DNA of 64,000 nucleotides from a virus. Lineage: Duplodnaviria > Caudoviricetes. The translations under genes and the position numbers were made by a program. The notes beneath the pieces are model-generated. The model made no database searches and had not been told where the DNA came from. It worked only from the letters and a program-made list of their open reading frames with translations. Where the stretch lies: IMG/VR virus record IMGVR_UViG_3300032132_000748. The stretch is one strand, 5' to 3'. Below are positions 55,291 through 64,000 of the stretch, in pieces (the stretch's first letter is position 1; every line of letters starts with the position of its first letter).

Positions 55291-56331
55291 TTAAAAGACA
55301 AGCACTTCACCCCAGCGGTGAAGATGCTTGTCTAACATATAATTGCTATTAATGTATTTCATTGCGTTCTTGATTAACTTCTCTCTGAGAGCCTCGTTCT
55401 CTATGAGAAGTGACAAACACGTAAACCATTCTTTTTCGTTTGAGGCTAAAAACCCATCCTCTCCGTGGTCTATATGCTTGTAGGGGCCATAGTTTGATCC
55501 TATAAAAGCCGCCTCCATCAAAGTCATCTGGCTGTATTTCAAATTAGATTTTGATGCGTTAAAAACATGTGGGCGAAGAGGTGCTATTGCGATATCTGCA
55601 TTTATATCTTGAATTGTGTTTAAGTAATCGCCAAAAGGAACTGCAGGGTGGCATATAGCTCCAGGTATGAGTTCTTGAAGAGTTTTCTCGTCTAAAGTGC
55701 TTTGAAGATGTATTTCAATCTTATCTCCATATTCATCACTTATTTTTTGAAGAGGGCCTTTTACAAGCTCCAAGTCTGGTAGATGACTTGAACTCCCAGT
55801 CCAGAGTATTCTAATTTTTTCATTCTTAGTTTTTGGGATATCCCGACGCATCTCGTCTGAGACACAGTTAGGGATTACTTTTATATTTTTATTCCATGTC
55901 TGATAAAGAGCTTTGAGTTCATTTGTCGTAACAATTACCATATCTGCAAGTTGTATGAACATTTGCACATAAATGCTTCTCATCTCTGGAGGAAAGCTAT
56001 ATGTCTCTCCGGTAGTTTTATCTATAATTTCAGTTTGCTCAGGAGAGTCCTCAGGAATATTGAGATAGTCGTCATCAAAATCGATGATAATTTTCTTTCC
56101 TTTTGCTTTCCAATCAGCATAGAACTGGTAAGCCGAAGGGGCATACAGGCACTGTATATAGAGTATCTCTGCCCACTCATACTGCTCTAGCTGATTTTCC
56201 TTTTCTCCGAGAAATTGGACAGGATGTCCTTGTTCCATCAGACTATACAGGGGTTGAATTACCCTGTGATAGGAAGTGGCGTTATTATCTAGGGGGACGC
56301 CTAGGACTCGACGTTTACTCTTAATTAGCAT
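55291..56331 (-). CDS. GT-B glycosyltransferase
   Basis: IDFDDD, VIPN, DIAIAPL...FN.SKSNLK. Confidence 0.85.
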   Translation of the reverse strand: MLIKSKRRVLGVPLDNNATSYHRVIQPLYSLMEQGHPVQFLGEKENQLEQYEWAEILYIQCLYAPSAYQFYADWKAKGKKIIIDFDDDYLNIPEDSPEQTEIIDKTTGETYSFPPEMRSIYVQMFIQLADMVIVTTNELKALYQTWNKNIKVIPNCVSDEMRRDIPKTKNEKIRILWTGSSSHLPDLELVKGPLQKISDEYGDKIEIHLQSTLDEKTLQELIPGAICHPAVPFGDYLNTIQDINADIAIAPLRPHVFNASKSNLKYSQMTLMEAAFIGSNYGPYKHIDHGEDGFLASNEKEWFTCLSLLIENEALREKLIKNAMKYINSNYMLDKHLHRWGEVLVF

Positions 56332-56368
56332 ACTCTAACGTTACGATAATTTCTTAACGTCGCAAGAC

Positions 56369-57202
56369 CTACTTACCTACTGGTCTATGTCTAAACCCTA
56401 CGTGATATACAATATAACCTGTCATTACTTCCTTATCTTCTAACAAGAGAGTAGAAAAATTTCGTTCTACTCCTATAATCACCCCGTATCTTAATGCTCT
56501 ATTCAATTCAGCTATCTGCTTCTTCGCCATCTCCTCACGCTCTTCTCCAGTTAGGTCCTCACGGGGATGTTTCATCCCGATAGCATATCTATCAACCCAC
56601 CTAATATCAGGAATATCATAAGTGACCATACTATAGGTTTGATCGATGCTTGGTCCGTGAAGAGGTTCTCTTTGTAAAATTAATAATCCATTATTTTTTC
56701 TTTCGTTAAAAACAATTTCCCAATGATTATTTTTTTCTAAAAACTCAAGAACTGCATCCATTATTCCAGGAGAATTTCCATCTTCTCCCCTACTGGCGAA
56801 GGCATAGGAACTAACAATCACTAAATATTTAGTAACGCTACCTGCGTGCTTCAATAATTCTTGTTTTAGTTGCGAATAGCTGTGATAAGTATCTAGAACC
56901 AGCATTTCGGTTTGTTCGATCTGAATCGAAAGGGGGTCACCTATTCTTACCTTTAAATGTGTTCTTCCAGCAGACTCGGGTAATTTTTTAGCAAGAGCAT
57001 CTATGATATTTTGATTTTTCCCATAGGCTATGAACATTGGTGGTTGTCCCGCCATTATGGAAATACATACCCCAGAGGAATTCAGCCCTAATTCCGTAAC
57101 ATGTTGACATCTTGATGCGAACTCACGAATAGTAGGGCAATGCATAAATACGTCACTTACTTTATTGCATGCCTCCGCATATAATTCATCTAAACTTGCC
57201 AC
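56369..57202 (-). CDS. Methyltransferase-like (Methyltransf_24-like) protein plus C-terminal domain
   Basis: VTELG, LDTYHSYSQLKQEL..H, NNGLLIL. Confidence 0.6.
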   Translation of the reverse strand: MASLDELYAEACNKVSDVFMHCPTIREFASRCQHVTELGLNSSGVCISIMAGQPPMFIAYGKNQNIIDALAKKLPESAGRTHLKVRIGDPLSIQIEQTEMLVLDTYHSYSQLKQELLKHAGSVTKYLVIVSSYAFASRGEDGNSPGIMDAVLEFLEKNNHWEIVFNERKNNGLLILQREPLHGPSIDQTYSMVTYDIPDIRWVDRYAIGMKHPREDLTGEEREEMAKKQIAELNRALRYGVIIGVERNFSTLLLEDKEVMTGYIVYHVGFRHRPVGK

Positions 57203-57237
57203 ATAGTCTCCATCGTATTTTGTTATAATAAACCATT

Positions 57238-59406
57238 ATGGCAGTAAATTTCAATATTGGTGACACAATTATAGTCAACCAAACATACGTACAAAATATT
57301 TTAGCTCCAAGACCCTCCACTAATGAGAGAAAAGCCCTTCTTGAACACCTAGGTAGGCTAGGAGATAGCAGTTTACTCGTTAGTAAATTTTTTCCTGTCG
57401 TCCCTACGATGAGAGTTACAAAAATAGAGGATAACTCCTCTAAAGTTTTGAGTTTTGAGACTGAGAATGATTTGAACAGTTGCTTCACGTTTGTAAGTGA
57501 TTTTACCATGACTACAAACAAGGTTGTTAACGTTCAAAACGGGACAACTGGCGTAATTAAGAAAGGATCCTTTGTCTATCAAACCGGATTCATCGGGTCC
57601 AACCCACAGAAAGCAGTTATTGCTTCCCCGAAGGCCAACCAAATAGCTGGAGCCGCCATATTTGGTATTGCTATACAGGATATTTTTGCTGGTAGCACCG
57701 GAAACGTTTTAGTAGAAGGTACTTTTAAAGGATTAGACACTCGTGCCGCCAATACTCAGGCAGAGTGTTATGTAGGAGTAGAGGGCGGCCAAGCTGTCTC
57801 AATTCCTGGTGGAGACTTTCACAAGAAAGGAATAGTTATAGACGCAGCAAGAAATGGCACCGTTTTTCTCCCGCGCCAACCTTCCGGTCCCTATAACTGC
57901 TTCGAAGTAAGGCAGCTTGATGGTCTTTGTAATCATAAGGAAAATCATGATCAGGGTCTCGCAGGTCACACGTATCGTAGAGTAATACCAGCTAAATATG
58001 CAGATGGGAAATCAGTTCCTTTCGTAGCGGCTACCAGAACAAATCCTAGAAATATAAGTAATTTAATTTTTGATAAGGGTGCTGACAAGCCAAACCACTT
58101 AAATGCCACAGACTTTGTTTGGTTGTGGGGTCAATTCCTAGATCATGATATTGCCCTAACTAAAGATACTGCGGAATATTTTCCTATAGCTGTTCCTGCG
58201 GACGACACCGTCTTTACTCCCGGATCATCTTTGCCTTTTGTGAGATCGGAATTTGATTCTGATACAGGAACTACGAACGTCCGCCAACAAGTTAACCAAC
58301 AGAGTGCCTATATAGACGCGTCCAATGTTTATGGAGCTGATCCTGTTCGCGAAGCAGCTTTGCGAGCTAATGATGGTTCTGGTAAGCTTCGCACCAGCTC
58401 AGGAGATTTACTTCCTTTCAACACAACACTTCTTGATAACGCCCCAAATAATCACGACCCCCAATACTTCCTGGCAGGAGATATCAGAGCCAACGAACAT
58501 CTTTTGCTTACGGCCTTACACACTCTTTGGGTTAGGGAGCACAATCGTCTTGCTGTTGAAATAAAATCAGTTAACAGCCATTTAACCGGGGATCAGGTCT
58601 ATGAAGTGACTAGACGAAAGGTTACGGCCTTGATTCAAGCTATCACGTATAATGAATTTTTGCCAATTTTATTGGGCTCTGATGCTATTAGTAAGTATAC
58701 CGGATATGACTCAAGCACCAATCCGCAGATAATGAACTCATTTGCTACAGCATTCTATAGATTAGGACACGCCATGGTTTCTTCTACTCTACAGCGTCTA
58801 GATAGCAACTTAGCTAGAATTTCATTAGGACACTCTAAATTAAGTGATTCTTTCTTCCGCCCAGACAGATTAACTGAGGGCGGGGGTATGGAACCTCTAC
58901 TTCGAGGAGCATCGCAACAAGTATGTCAAGCAATCACCCCTGGGACTGCAAATGAGCTTAGGAATCTTCTCTTTGCCAGTTCAGGTACCGGCGGCCAAGA
59001 CTTAGCTGCAAGAAACATTCAACGAGGTAGAGATCACGGGCTACCGGACCTAAACACTTGTAGAAAAGCTCTTGGTTTGGATACTCACAGGTCGTTTAGC
59101 AGTATCACTTCGGATTCTACTATCAAAGCAAACCTAGCTCTTGCTTACTCTAGCCTTAATGGAATAGATGCATGGGTCGGTGCTTTGGCAGAAGATGTTG
59201 ATGATGCCGGTGGCTTGGTTGGTTCAACAATTAAAAGATCGTGTAAGCTTCAGTTTGAAGCTCTAAGAGACGGCGATCGTTTTTGGTATGAGTGTCTCTT
59301 TGCTGGTGATTTGCTTGCGGAAATTAACAATACTAAGTTGTCAGATGTTATTCGTAGAAACACCACTATCGGTAGTGAGCTACAAGATAATGTGTTCATT
59401 AAGTAA
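57238..59406 (+). CDS. Animal-type heme peroxidase with N-terminal extension
   Basis: WGQFLDHD, GDIRANE, WVREHN, FYRLGH, NIQRGRDHG, GDRFWY. Confidence 0.93.
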   Translation: MAVNFNIGDTIIVNQTYVQNILAPRPSTNERKALLEHLGRLGDSSLLVSKFFPVVPTMRVTKIEDNSSKVLSFETENDLNSCFTFVSDFTMTTNKVVNVQNGTTGVIKKGSFVYQTGFIGSNPQKAVIASPKANQIAGAAIFGIAIQDIFAGSTGNVLVEGTFKGLDTRAANTQAECYVGVEGGQAVSIPGGDFHKKGIVIDAARNGTVFLPRQPSGPYNCFEVRQLDGLCNHKENHDQGLAGHTYRRVIPAKYADGKSVPFVAATRTNPRNISNLIFDKGADKPNHLNATDFVWLWGQFLDHDIALTKDTAEYFPIAVPADDTVFTPGSSLPFVRSEFDSDTGTTNVRQQVNQQSAYIDASNVYGADPVREAALRANDGSGKLRTSSGDLLPFNTTLLDNAPNNHDPQYFLAGDIRANEHLLLTALHTLWVREHNRLAVEIKSVNSHLTGDQVYEVTRRKVTALIQAITYNEFLPILLGSDAISKYTGYDSSTNPQIMNSFATAFYRLGHAMVSSTLQRLDSNLARISLGHSKLSDSFFRPDRLTEGGGMEPLLRGASQQVCQAITPGTANELRNLLFASSGTGGQDLAARNIQRGRDHGLPDLNTCRKALGLDTHRSFSSITSDSTIKANLALAYSSLNGIDAWVGALAEDVDDAGGLVGSTIKRSCKLQFEALRDGDRFWYECLFAGDLLAEINNTKLSDVIRRNTTIGSELQDNVFIK

Positions 59407-59602
59407 TTTTTCTATTCTTTAAAGAACAGCATAGTTCATCTAACTTTTTACTTGTTGTATGTACAAACAAAAATGGCAATACTGCGTGAGTTATTGCCAT
59501 CAATCCCAATCCAATTAATTTGGTGCCACAACAAAAGGCAAAGCAAAAATGCTGAAAGTAGGTTTCATTAACAGAATTGGGGTGTTTAGTAAATGGATTC
59601 AT
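59399..59602 (-). CDS. Small membrane protein (DUF6356-like)
   Basis: FTKHP.SV.ETYFQH...HA..PFLF..T.S. Confidence 0.75.
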   Translation of the reverse strand: MNPFTKHPNSVNETYFQHFCFAFCCGTKLIGLGLMAITHAVLPFLFVHTTSKKLDELCCSLKNRKIT

Positions 59603-59627
59603 CTATAAATTATAGCAAAGACTTGCC

Positions 59628-60278
59628 TCACTCAAACCTAGCGCTACGTCTCCCATTCCAGTTTATGCCTTCGTCTTGCGGTCCAACAATAGGCATATGT
59701 ATAACCGTCAGGTTATCTAGGCAGGCTTGATCTTTAAACTGCAACGCAAAGGACACGTCACTCTCAGCAGCGTTATGGCTATCTTCTGGATATAACTGTC
59801 CTGTATGGAATATCTGAGTATACCCAATAGGAATAAAGTGATTAATTACAGAGTTTTCTAATCTAAAGTAAGAAGCCTTAAGTTTTTGCCATTTTTTTGT
59901 GTGGCCTGTAAGTAGGTATTTTTCCCATGCGGATTTTGATGGGCACATTAAGCGTGGGCATCCGTATATAGTATTCTTGTCTAAATTTTCTAAATCTTTT
60001 ATATTTTTAGGTAGTAAAATATCAGAATCGAAATGGCAAACCCATCCGTCTAGGCCCCTAAGGGCCTCATTTATGGCTTTGCCTTTATTAAACTCTGCTC
60101 CGCCTTCATAAAACTTATTAGTTAAAATAACGTCAACTTGGTTTTCCTGGCAAATATTTTGAGTTTTAATGTCATCTGGGCTTGTTACTACAATCAAATG
60201 ATCAAACAAAGGTTTGTTGTGAGGTAAACTAATCTTCAGATAATCATCATAATTAACACAAACAGTTATAGCTTTCAT
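59628..60278 (-). CDS. GT-A glycosyltransferase
   Basis: VCVNYDDYL, FNKGKAIN, DSDI. Confidence 0.8.
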   Translation of the reverse strand: MKAITVCVNYDDYLKISLPHNKPLFDHLIVVTSPDDIKTQNICQENQVDVILTNKFYEGGAEFNKGKAINEALRGLDGWVCHFDSDILLPKNIKDLENLDKNTIYGCPRLMCPSKSAWEKYLLTGHTKKWQKLKASYFRLENSVINHFIPIGYTQIFHTGQLYPEDSHNAAESDVSFALQFKDQACLDNLTVIHMPIVGPQDEGINWNGRRSARFE

Positions 60279-62164
60279 AGATTCCTATAAATACTAGAAT
60301 TTACAAAGCTGTCTAAGAAATACTCTTTAGTTAGCTTTTCTTTGATGCTACTTGATTCTAGATACTTATGTGCAGAATAAATTAGATCATTATTGTCTGC
60401 CTTGGCTCCCGCCTCTTCCAAGCTGTTAAAATACAGAGGGTAGTCTTCCCCCAAATATTCAACTACAGGGTCCAGACGATTCACCAACACCGGGGTATTT
60501 CTGACAATACACTCTATTATGGCATTATTAGCGCTACTATCTATCAGATCCAAGAAAACTACATTCTGTGATAATAGCTGATCATAATCATCATTAGGTT
60601 GAAAAGGAAGCTCCATTACACATGAAAGATCCGTTCCCGTAGGGATCTTTAAATGCGTAGTCATTAGATGTTGCCAAGGGTTGTTCGTATTAAGCGTGGC
60701 TCGTATAAGCTTGGTAGTTATCTGATGTAACGAAAAAGGTCTTCTAAGCCACCAACCTACTTGAACTAGTTTTTTATCCTTATTCGCAAGATATCTATCA
60801 AAATCAAATTTTACTTCGGGTTCTTCTGTTGGATGAAAAAGAGAGACGACTGGAAGATTCGGGTATATTTTTTTAAGATCTTTTTTATGATATTCTGACA
60901 AAGTGAATAGCCCTTTACAGTGACCTATACTAGCCTGCCAATCTTTTTGAGAAAATATTTGTTGGTTACTACTTTTTCCATCTCCAAACCAATCTGGCAT
61001 GTTGGGAGGATTGTGTATGAAACCTACCCAGGGTCCTCTAAAAGGAATCTTACCTGAGGATGACATAAACTCTCTGTTCCAAGAAAAACTGCTCTCAATA
61101 AATCCGTCAAGTAACACCCCTTCTCTGGAGTGTAAGCAATTAAACGCTCCCGTGGCGTAGCCCCATCCGGACCTATGATTGTTACTGGACCATTGAGGAC
61201 CAATGTGTATTTTTCCTGGGTAGCCCCTATCTCCGCCAAAAATAGCGTCCCTATCTAAGCATCCTAGGAGGTCTTCTAGGCACTCAAAGACTACATTAAT
61301 CCCTTTCCCTTTATTAAACTTACGATGTTTCGTATCAATAGGGACCAAATTAGCAAGAAACTCTCCTTTTGTGAAGTCGCCGGTAAGACAAACTTCTACT
61401 TCCTCACCTTGTATCATACTTATTACACTTATAGTAGCCCGTAACTGTCTTGAAGGGGGTCTCCTTTTCATTTCGCTTAAATAATCTTTACTTACTTTAA
61501 CTATGTTTCCCACTCGAATCAAAGGTCCATGTTTTGCCTCTAGAGCAGAATCTACACAAAGAGCATTATAGAAACAATTAATTTTATCTATAAATACAAC
61601 TTTTTGTCCGTGTTGTTTGAAGATATCTTGTATGAAAAGACCATCCGCAGCATAATTATGGAGGCTCCATCTTCTTGGCCCTATCTGATAATTAGAAACA
61701 ACATATTGTGCGGAATCTATAGATCCCGGCTTAGTAAATTTAGCCCCTATATTTCTTCTTTGATCTTCCGAATCTAGCTGACTACATATGATGGATTTAT
61801 CATATTTGTGATCTTTGAATACCTTGTTTACCATAGGTAGGCAGTTATGATGTAGTAAGTTATCATCGTCTAAAAAGTAGACAAAACCTTCCGTTATTTG
61901 ATCTAAAGCATGATTTCTCTGGGCATTACCTACAATACTTTTCTTGTTAGCTATAAGATCAGTAATTATGTTTATATAGGCTTTGTAAGGTTGCAAACTC
62001 TCTACCGTAAGTTCATAGATTTCGGCCTCTACTACTGAGCCATCAAACATGATGTACCAATCAACATCAAAAGGGAGTCCGTTACTGTGATTTTTAATAG
62101 ACTTAGCTACTGCGCTAAGGTTATCGGGGCGGCTGCATGGAGTTACAATACTCAAGCGAATCAT
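60275..62164 (-). CDS. Multidomain glycosyltransferase (GT2-like + inserted domain + GT-B-like)
   Basis: IVTPCSR, FLDDDN; C-part SANNAIIECI..NTP. Confidence 0.75.
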   Translation of the reverse strand: MIRLSIVTPCSRPDNLSAVAKSIKNHSNGLPFDVDWYIMFDGSVVEAEIYELTVESLQPYKAYINIITDLIANKKSIVGNAQRNHALDQITEGFVYFLDDDNLLHHNCLPMVNKVFKDHKYDKSIICSQLDSEDQRRNIGAKFTKPGSIDSAQYVVSNYQIGPRRWSLHNYAADGLFIQDIFKQHGQKVVFIDKINCFYNALCVDSALEAKHGPLIRVGNIVKVSKDYLSEMKRRPPSRQLRATISVISMIQGEEVEVCLTGDFTKGEFLANLVPIDTKHRKFNKGKGINVVFECLEDLLGCLDRDAIFGGDRGYPGKIHIGPQWSSNNHRSGWGYATGAFNCLHSREGVLLDGFIESSFSWNREFMSSSGKIPFRGPWVGFIHNPPNMPDWFGDGKSSNQQIFSQKDWQASIGHCKGLFTLSEYHKKDLKKIYPNLPVVSLFHPTEEPEVKFDFDRYLANKDKKLVQVGWWLRRPFSLHQITTKLIRATLNTNNPWQHLMTTHLKIPTGTDLSCVMELPFQPNDDYDQLLSQNVVFLDLIDSSANNAIIECIVRNTPVLVNRLDPVVEYLGEDYPLYFNSLEEAGAKADNNDLIYSAHKYLESSSIKEKLTKEYFLDSFVNSSIYRNL

Positions 62165-62247
62165 TCATTCAGTATAGCACCTCATTCACATCCCGTAAAG
62201 TCAAGACTATTTGGGGAAGCAGTAGACTCATGATAGAATTAGTAGTA

Positions 62248-62628
62248 ATGACCTTTGCACCGCGAAAATTTACTACCAAATCCGGCAAATCTATTCTGGT
62301 AGGCCGAAATAGCCGAGAAAACAACTACCTAACCTTGAAGATAGCTAAGCCGGAGGATCTTTTCTTTCACGCTACGGATTTTGCAGGCTCTCACGTTATC
62401 CTACAACTAGACAAAGATGAGTTTGTTAGCAGAGTTGATCTAGAAGAAGCTGCTCTATATGCGGCTTATTACTCCAAAGGAAAGGGTAAAAAACAAGTGA
62501 AAGTTGACTACACATATAAGAAATATGTAACTAAACCGAGGAAAGCTCCTGCGGGTTTGGTTGAGATAGAGAAATTTAAAACGATAAAAGTAACTAAAGA
62601 ACAGATGTCTACGCTGGTGTTGGGGTAG
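62248..62628 (+). CDS. Stand-alone NFACT RNA-binding domain (RqcH/FbpA C-terminal)
   Basis: VGRNSRENNYLT, FHA....GSHVIL, AA..AAYYSK, VDYT..KYV.KP....G.V. Confidence 0.92.
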   Translation: MTFAPRKFTTKSGKSILVGRNSRENNYLTLKIAKPEDLFFHATDFAGSHVILQLDKDEFVSRVDLEEAALYAAYYSKGKGKKQVKVDYTYKKYVTKPRKAPAGLVEIEKFKTIKVTKEQMSTLVLG

Positions 62629-62639
62629 CTTTACAAAAA

Positions 62640-62669
62640 AATAGGGTAGCCCCGAAAGACTACCCTATT
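62640..62669. terminator. Terminator hairpin between convergent genes
   Basis: AATAGGGTAG/CTACCCTATT. Confidence 0.65.
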
Positions 62670-62697
62670 CCCGAAAGGAGGCCCTATGGGCCTTGTT

Positions 62698-64000
62698 TTA
62701 TTCTTCGCTTTCTTCACTAACTACGTCGGCTTCAATGACGTCATCATCAGCAACTGTCTCTTCAGTGGTTTCTGATTCGGAATTTGCTTGCTCAGCGTTT
62801 GCATACAGCTCTTGGGCAATTTCATGTTGTAGCGTCATTAATGAGTTACAAGCGTCTTCAATTGCTTCCATCGAATCCCCATCTCGTGCTTCCTTAAGCC
62901 GTTCTAGTAAAGATTTAATCTCTTCATCACGGCCCAGTAGTTGCTCAGGGGCTTCTTCGATTTGCTGTTCAACAGTATCAATTACTTGATCAGCCTTGTT
63001 TTTTGACTCAACAAAAGCAACGCGCTGTGCATCTTCTTCTGCATATTGCTCAGCTTCTTCCTTCATTCTCTTGATGTCGTCGTCTGAGAACCCAGTATTG
63101 GCTTCGATTGTAATGTGCTGCTCTCGTCCCGTTCCTAGATCCTTAGCTGATACATTTAAGATACCATCAGGGTTAATATCAAAAGCCACTTCAATCTTTG
63201 GGATCCCTTTAGGGGCAGGCGGAATTTGGTCCAACCGGAACACACCAAGAAGTCTGTTATCCTCTGCCATCTTTCTCTCACCCTGATAAACTTTAACATC
63301 TACGGCTGTTTGATTGTGACTAAAGGTAGTGAAGGTCTCTTTTTTGCCAGAAGGGATAGTGGTATTTCTGTCAATCATTACTGTCATGACACCACCTGCG
63401 GTTTCAACACCTAACGATAGGGGAGTTACATCCAATAAGAGCATATCAGTTTTATCTCCAGATAAAACTGCGCCCTGGACTGCAGCACCCATAGCAACGA
63501 CTTCGTCCGGGTTAACGGACTTATTTAGGTCCTTGCCACCAAAAAACTCCTTAACAGCATCTTGGACAGCAGGAATTCGCGTTGATCCACCGACCATGAT
63601 AATTTCGTCGATATCGGTGATGCTATACTTTGCATCCTTTAAGGCTTTCTCTAGTGGAATTTTAGTTCTGTCAATCAAGCTCTTAGTTAGAGAATCAAAT
63701 TTGGCTCTCGTAACATCGACTTCCAGGTGTAGTGGGTGTCCTCCATCTCCTTGAGTGACAAAAGGCAGGTTTACCTTAGTTGACTTTGAGTTGGATAACT
63801 CACATTTTGCTTTTTCGCAAGCTTCCTTAAGTCTTTGGAGGGCTAACTTATCCTTTCGGAGATCTATTCCACCGGAAGATTTCTTAAACTCATCCGCAAC
63901 AAAATCAATAAGAACCTGGTCAAAGTTATCGCCGCCAAGATGTGTGTCACCGTTAGTTGACTTAACCTCAACAATTCCATCACCAACCTCTAGGACTGAA
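62698..64000 (-). CDS. dnaK: DnaK, second copy, 5' part outside the window
   Basis: [13 protein letters not shown] at the edge, [25 protein letters not shown]. Confidence 0.95.
   Translation of the reverse strand, partial: SVLEVGDGIVEVKSTNGDTHLGGDNFDQVLIDFVADEFKKSSGGIDLRKDKLALQRLKEACEKAKCELSNSKSTKVNLPFVTQGDGGHPLHLEVDVTRAKFDSLTKSLIDRTKIPLEKALKDAKYSITDIDEIIMVGGSTRIPAVQDAVKEFFGGKDLNKSVNPDEVVAMGAAVQGAVLSGDKTDMLLLDVTPLSLGVETAGGVMTVMIDRNTTIPSGKKETFTTFSHNQTAVDVKVYQGERKMAEDNRLLGVFRLDQIPPAPKGIPKIEVAFDINPDGILNVSAKDLGTGREQHITIEANTGFSDDDIKRMKEEAEQYAEEDAQRVAFVESKNKADQVIDTVEQQIEEAPEQLLGRDEEIKSLLERLKEARDGDSMEAIEDACNSLMTLQHEIAQELYANAEQANSESETTEETVADDDVIEADVVSEESEE

Noticed and set aside
1-64000. Eukaryotic giant virus or ordinary bacterial chromosome
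   Set aside because: SD sites, sigma70-type promoters, overlapping operons and bacterial IF3/DnaX argue against a eukaryotic virus; ORFan density and the lack of housekeeping operons argue against a normal chromosome, though this is not excluded from one window

Overview
The window reads as part of a very large bacterial virus genome rather than a cellular chromosome. It has dense ORFans, bacterial-type promoters and Shine-Dalgarno (SD) sites, and no rRNA or ribosomal-protein operons. (1) 1-8.5 kb is a + strand array of 33 tRNAs, 28 of which carry a covarying non-canonical elbow (D-loop AG with T-loop G55). Interleaved are two endonucleases, an IF3 C-domain, IscU and seven copies of a Y-RNA (YrlA)-like ncRNA (GGGCCG...GTTATC...TTGCTC). 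These share a Ro60-type closing stem but carry different tRNA-mimic payloads and different anticodon-like loops. (2) An Rnl2-type RNA ligase follows, then a pseudoknot-rich candidate RNA and a truncated AlaRS-like gene. (3) 10.7-22.3 kb is a sugar-modification/glycosylation island. (4) 24-54 kb holds DnaK, DnaX, a DNA methyltransferase, SpeE/SpeD and SOD, among more than 20 small tail-anchored membrane proteins sharing a [FLY]-[GS]-x-[FLY]-G motif. It also holds very basic DNA-condensing candidates and two adjacent single-jelly-roll capsid-like genes, which suggests an unusually large tailless, membrane-containing virus. (5) The end carries a patatin, glycosyltransferases, a heme peroxidase fusion, an NFACT-R domain and a second DnaK cut by the window edge. 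All calls are by eye, without database searches.
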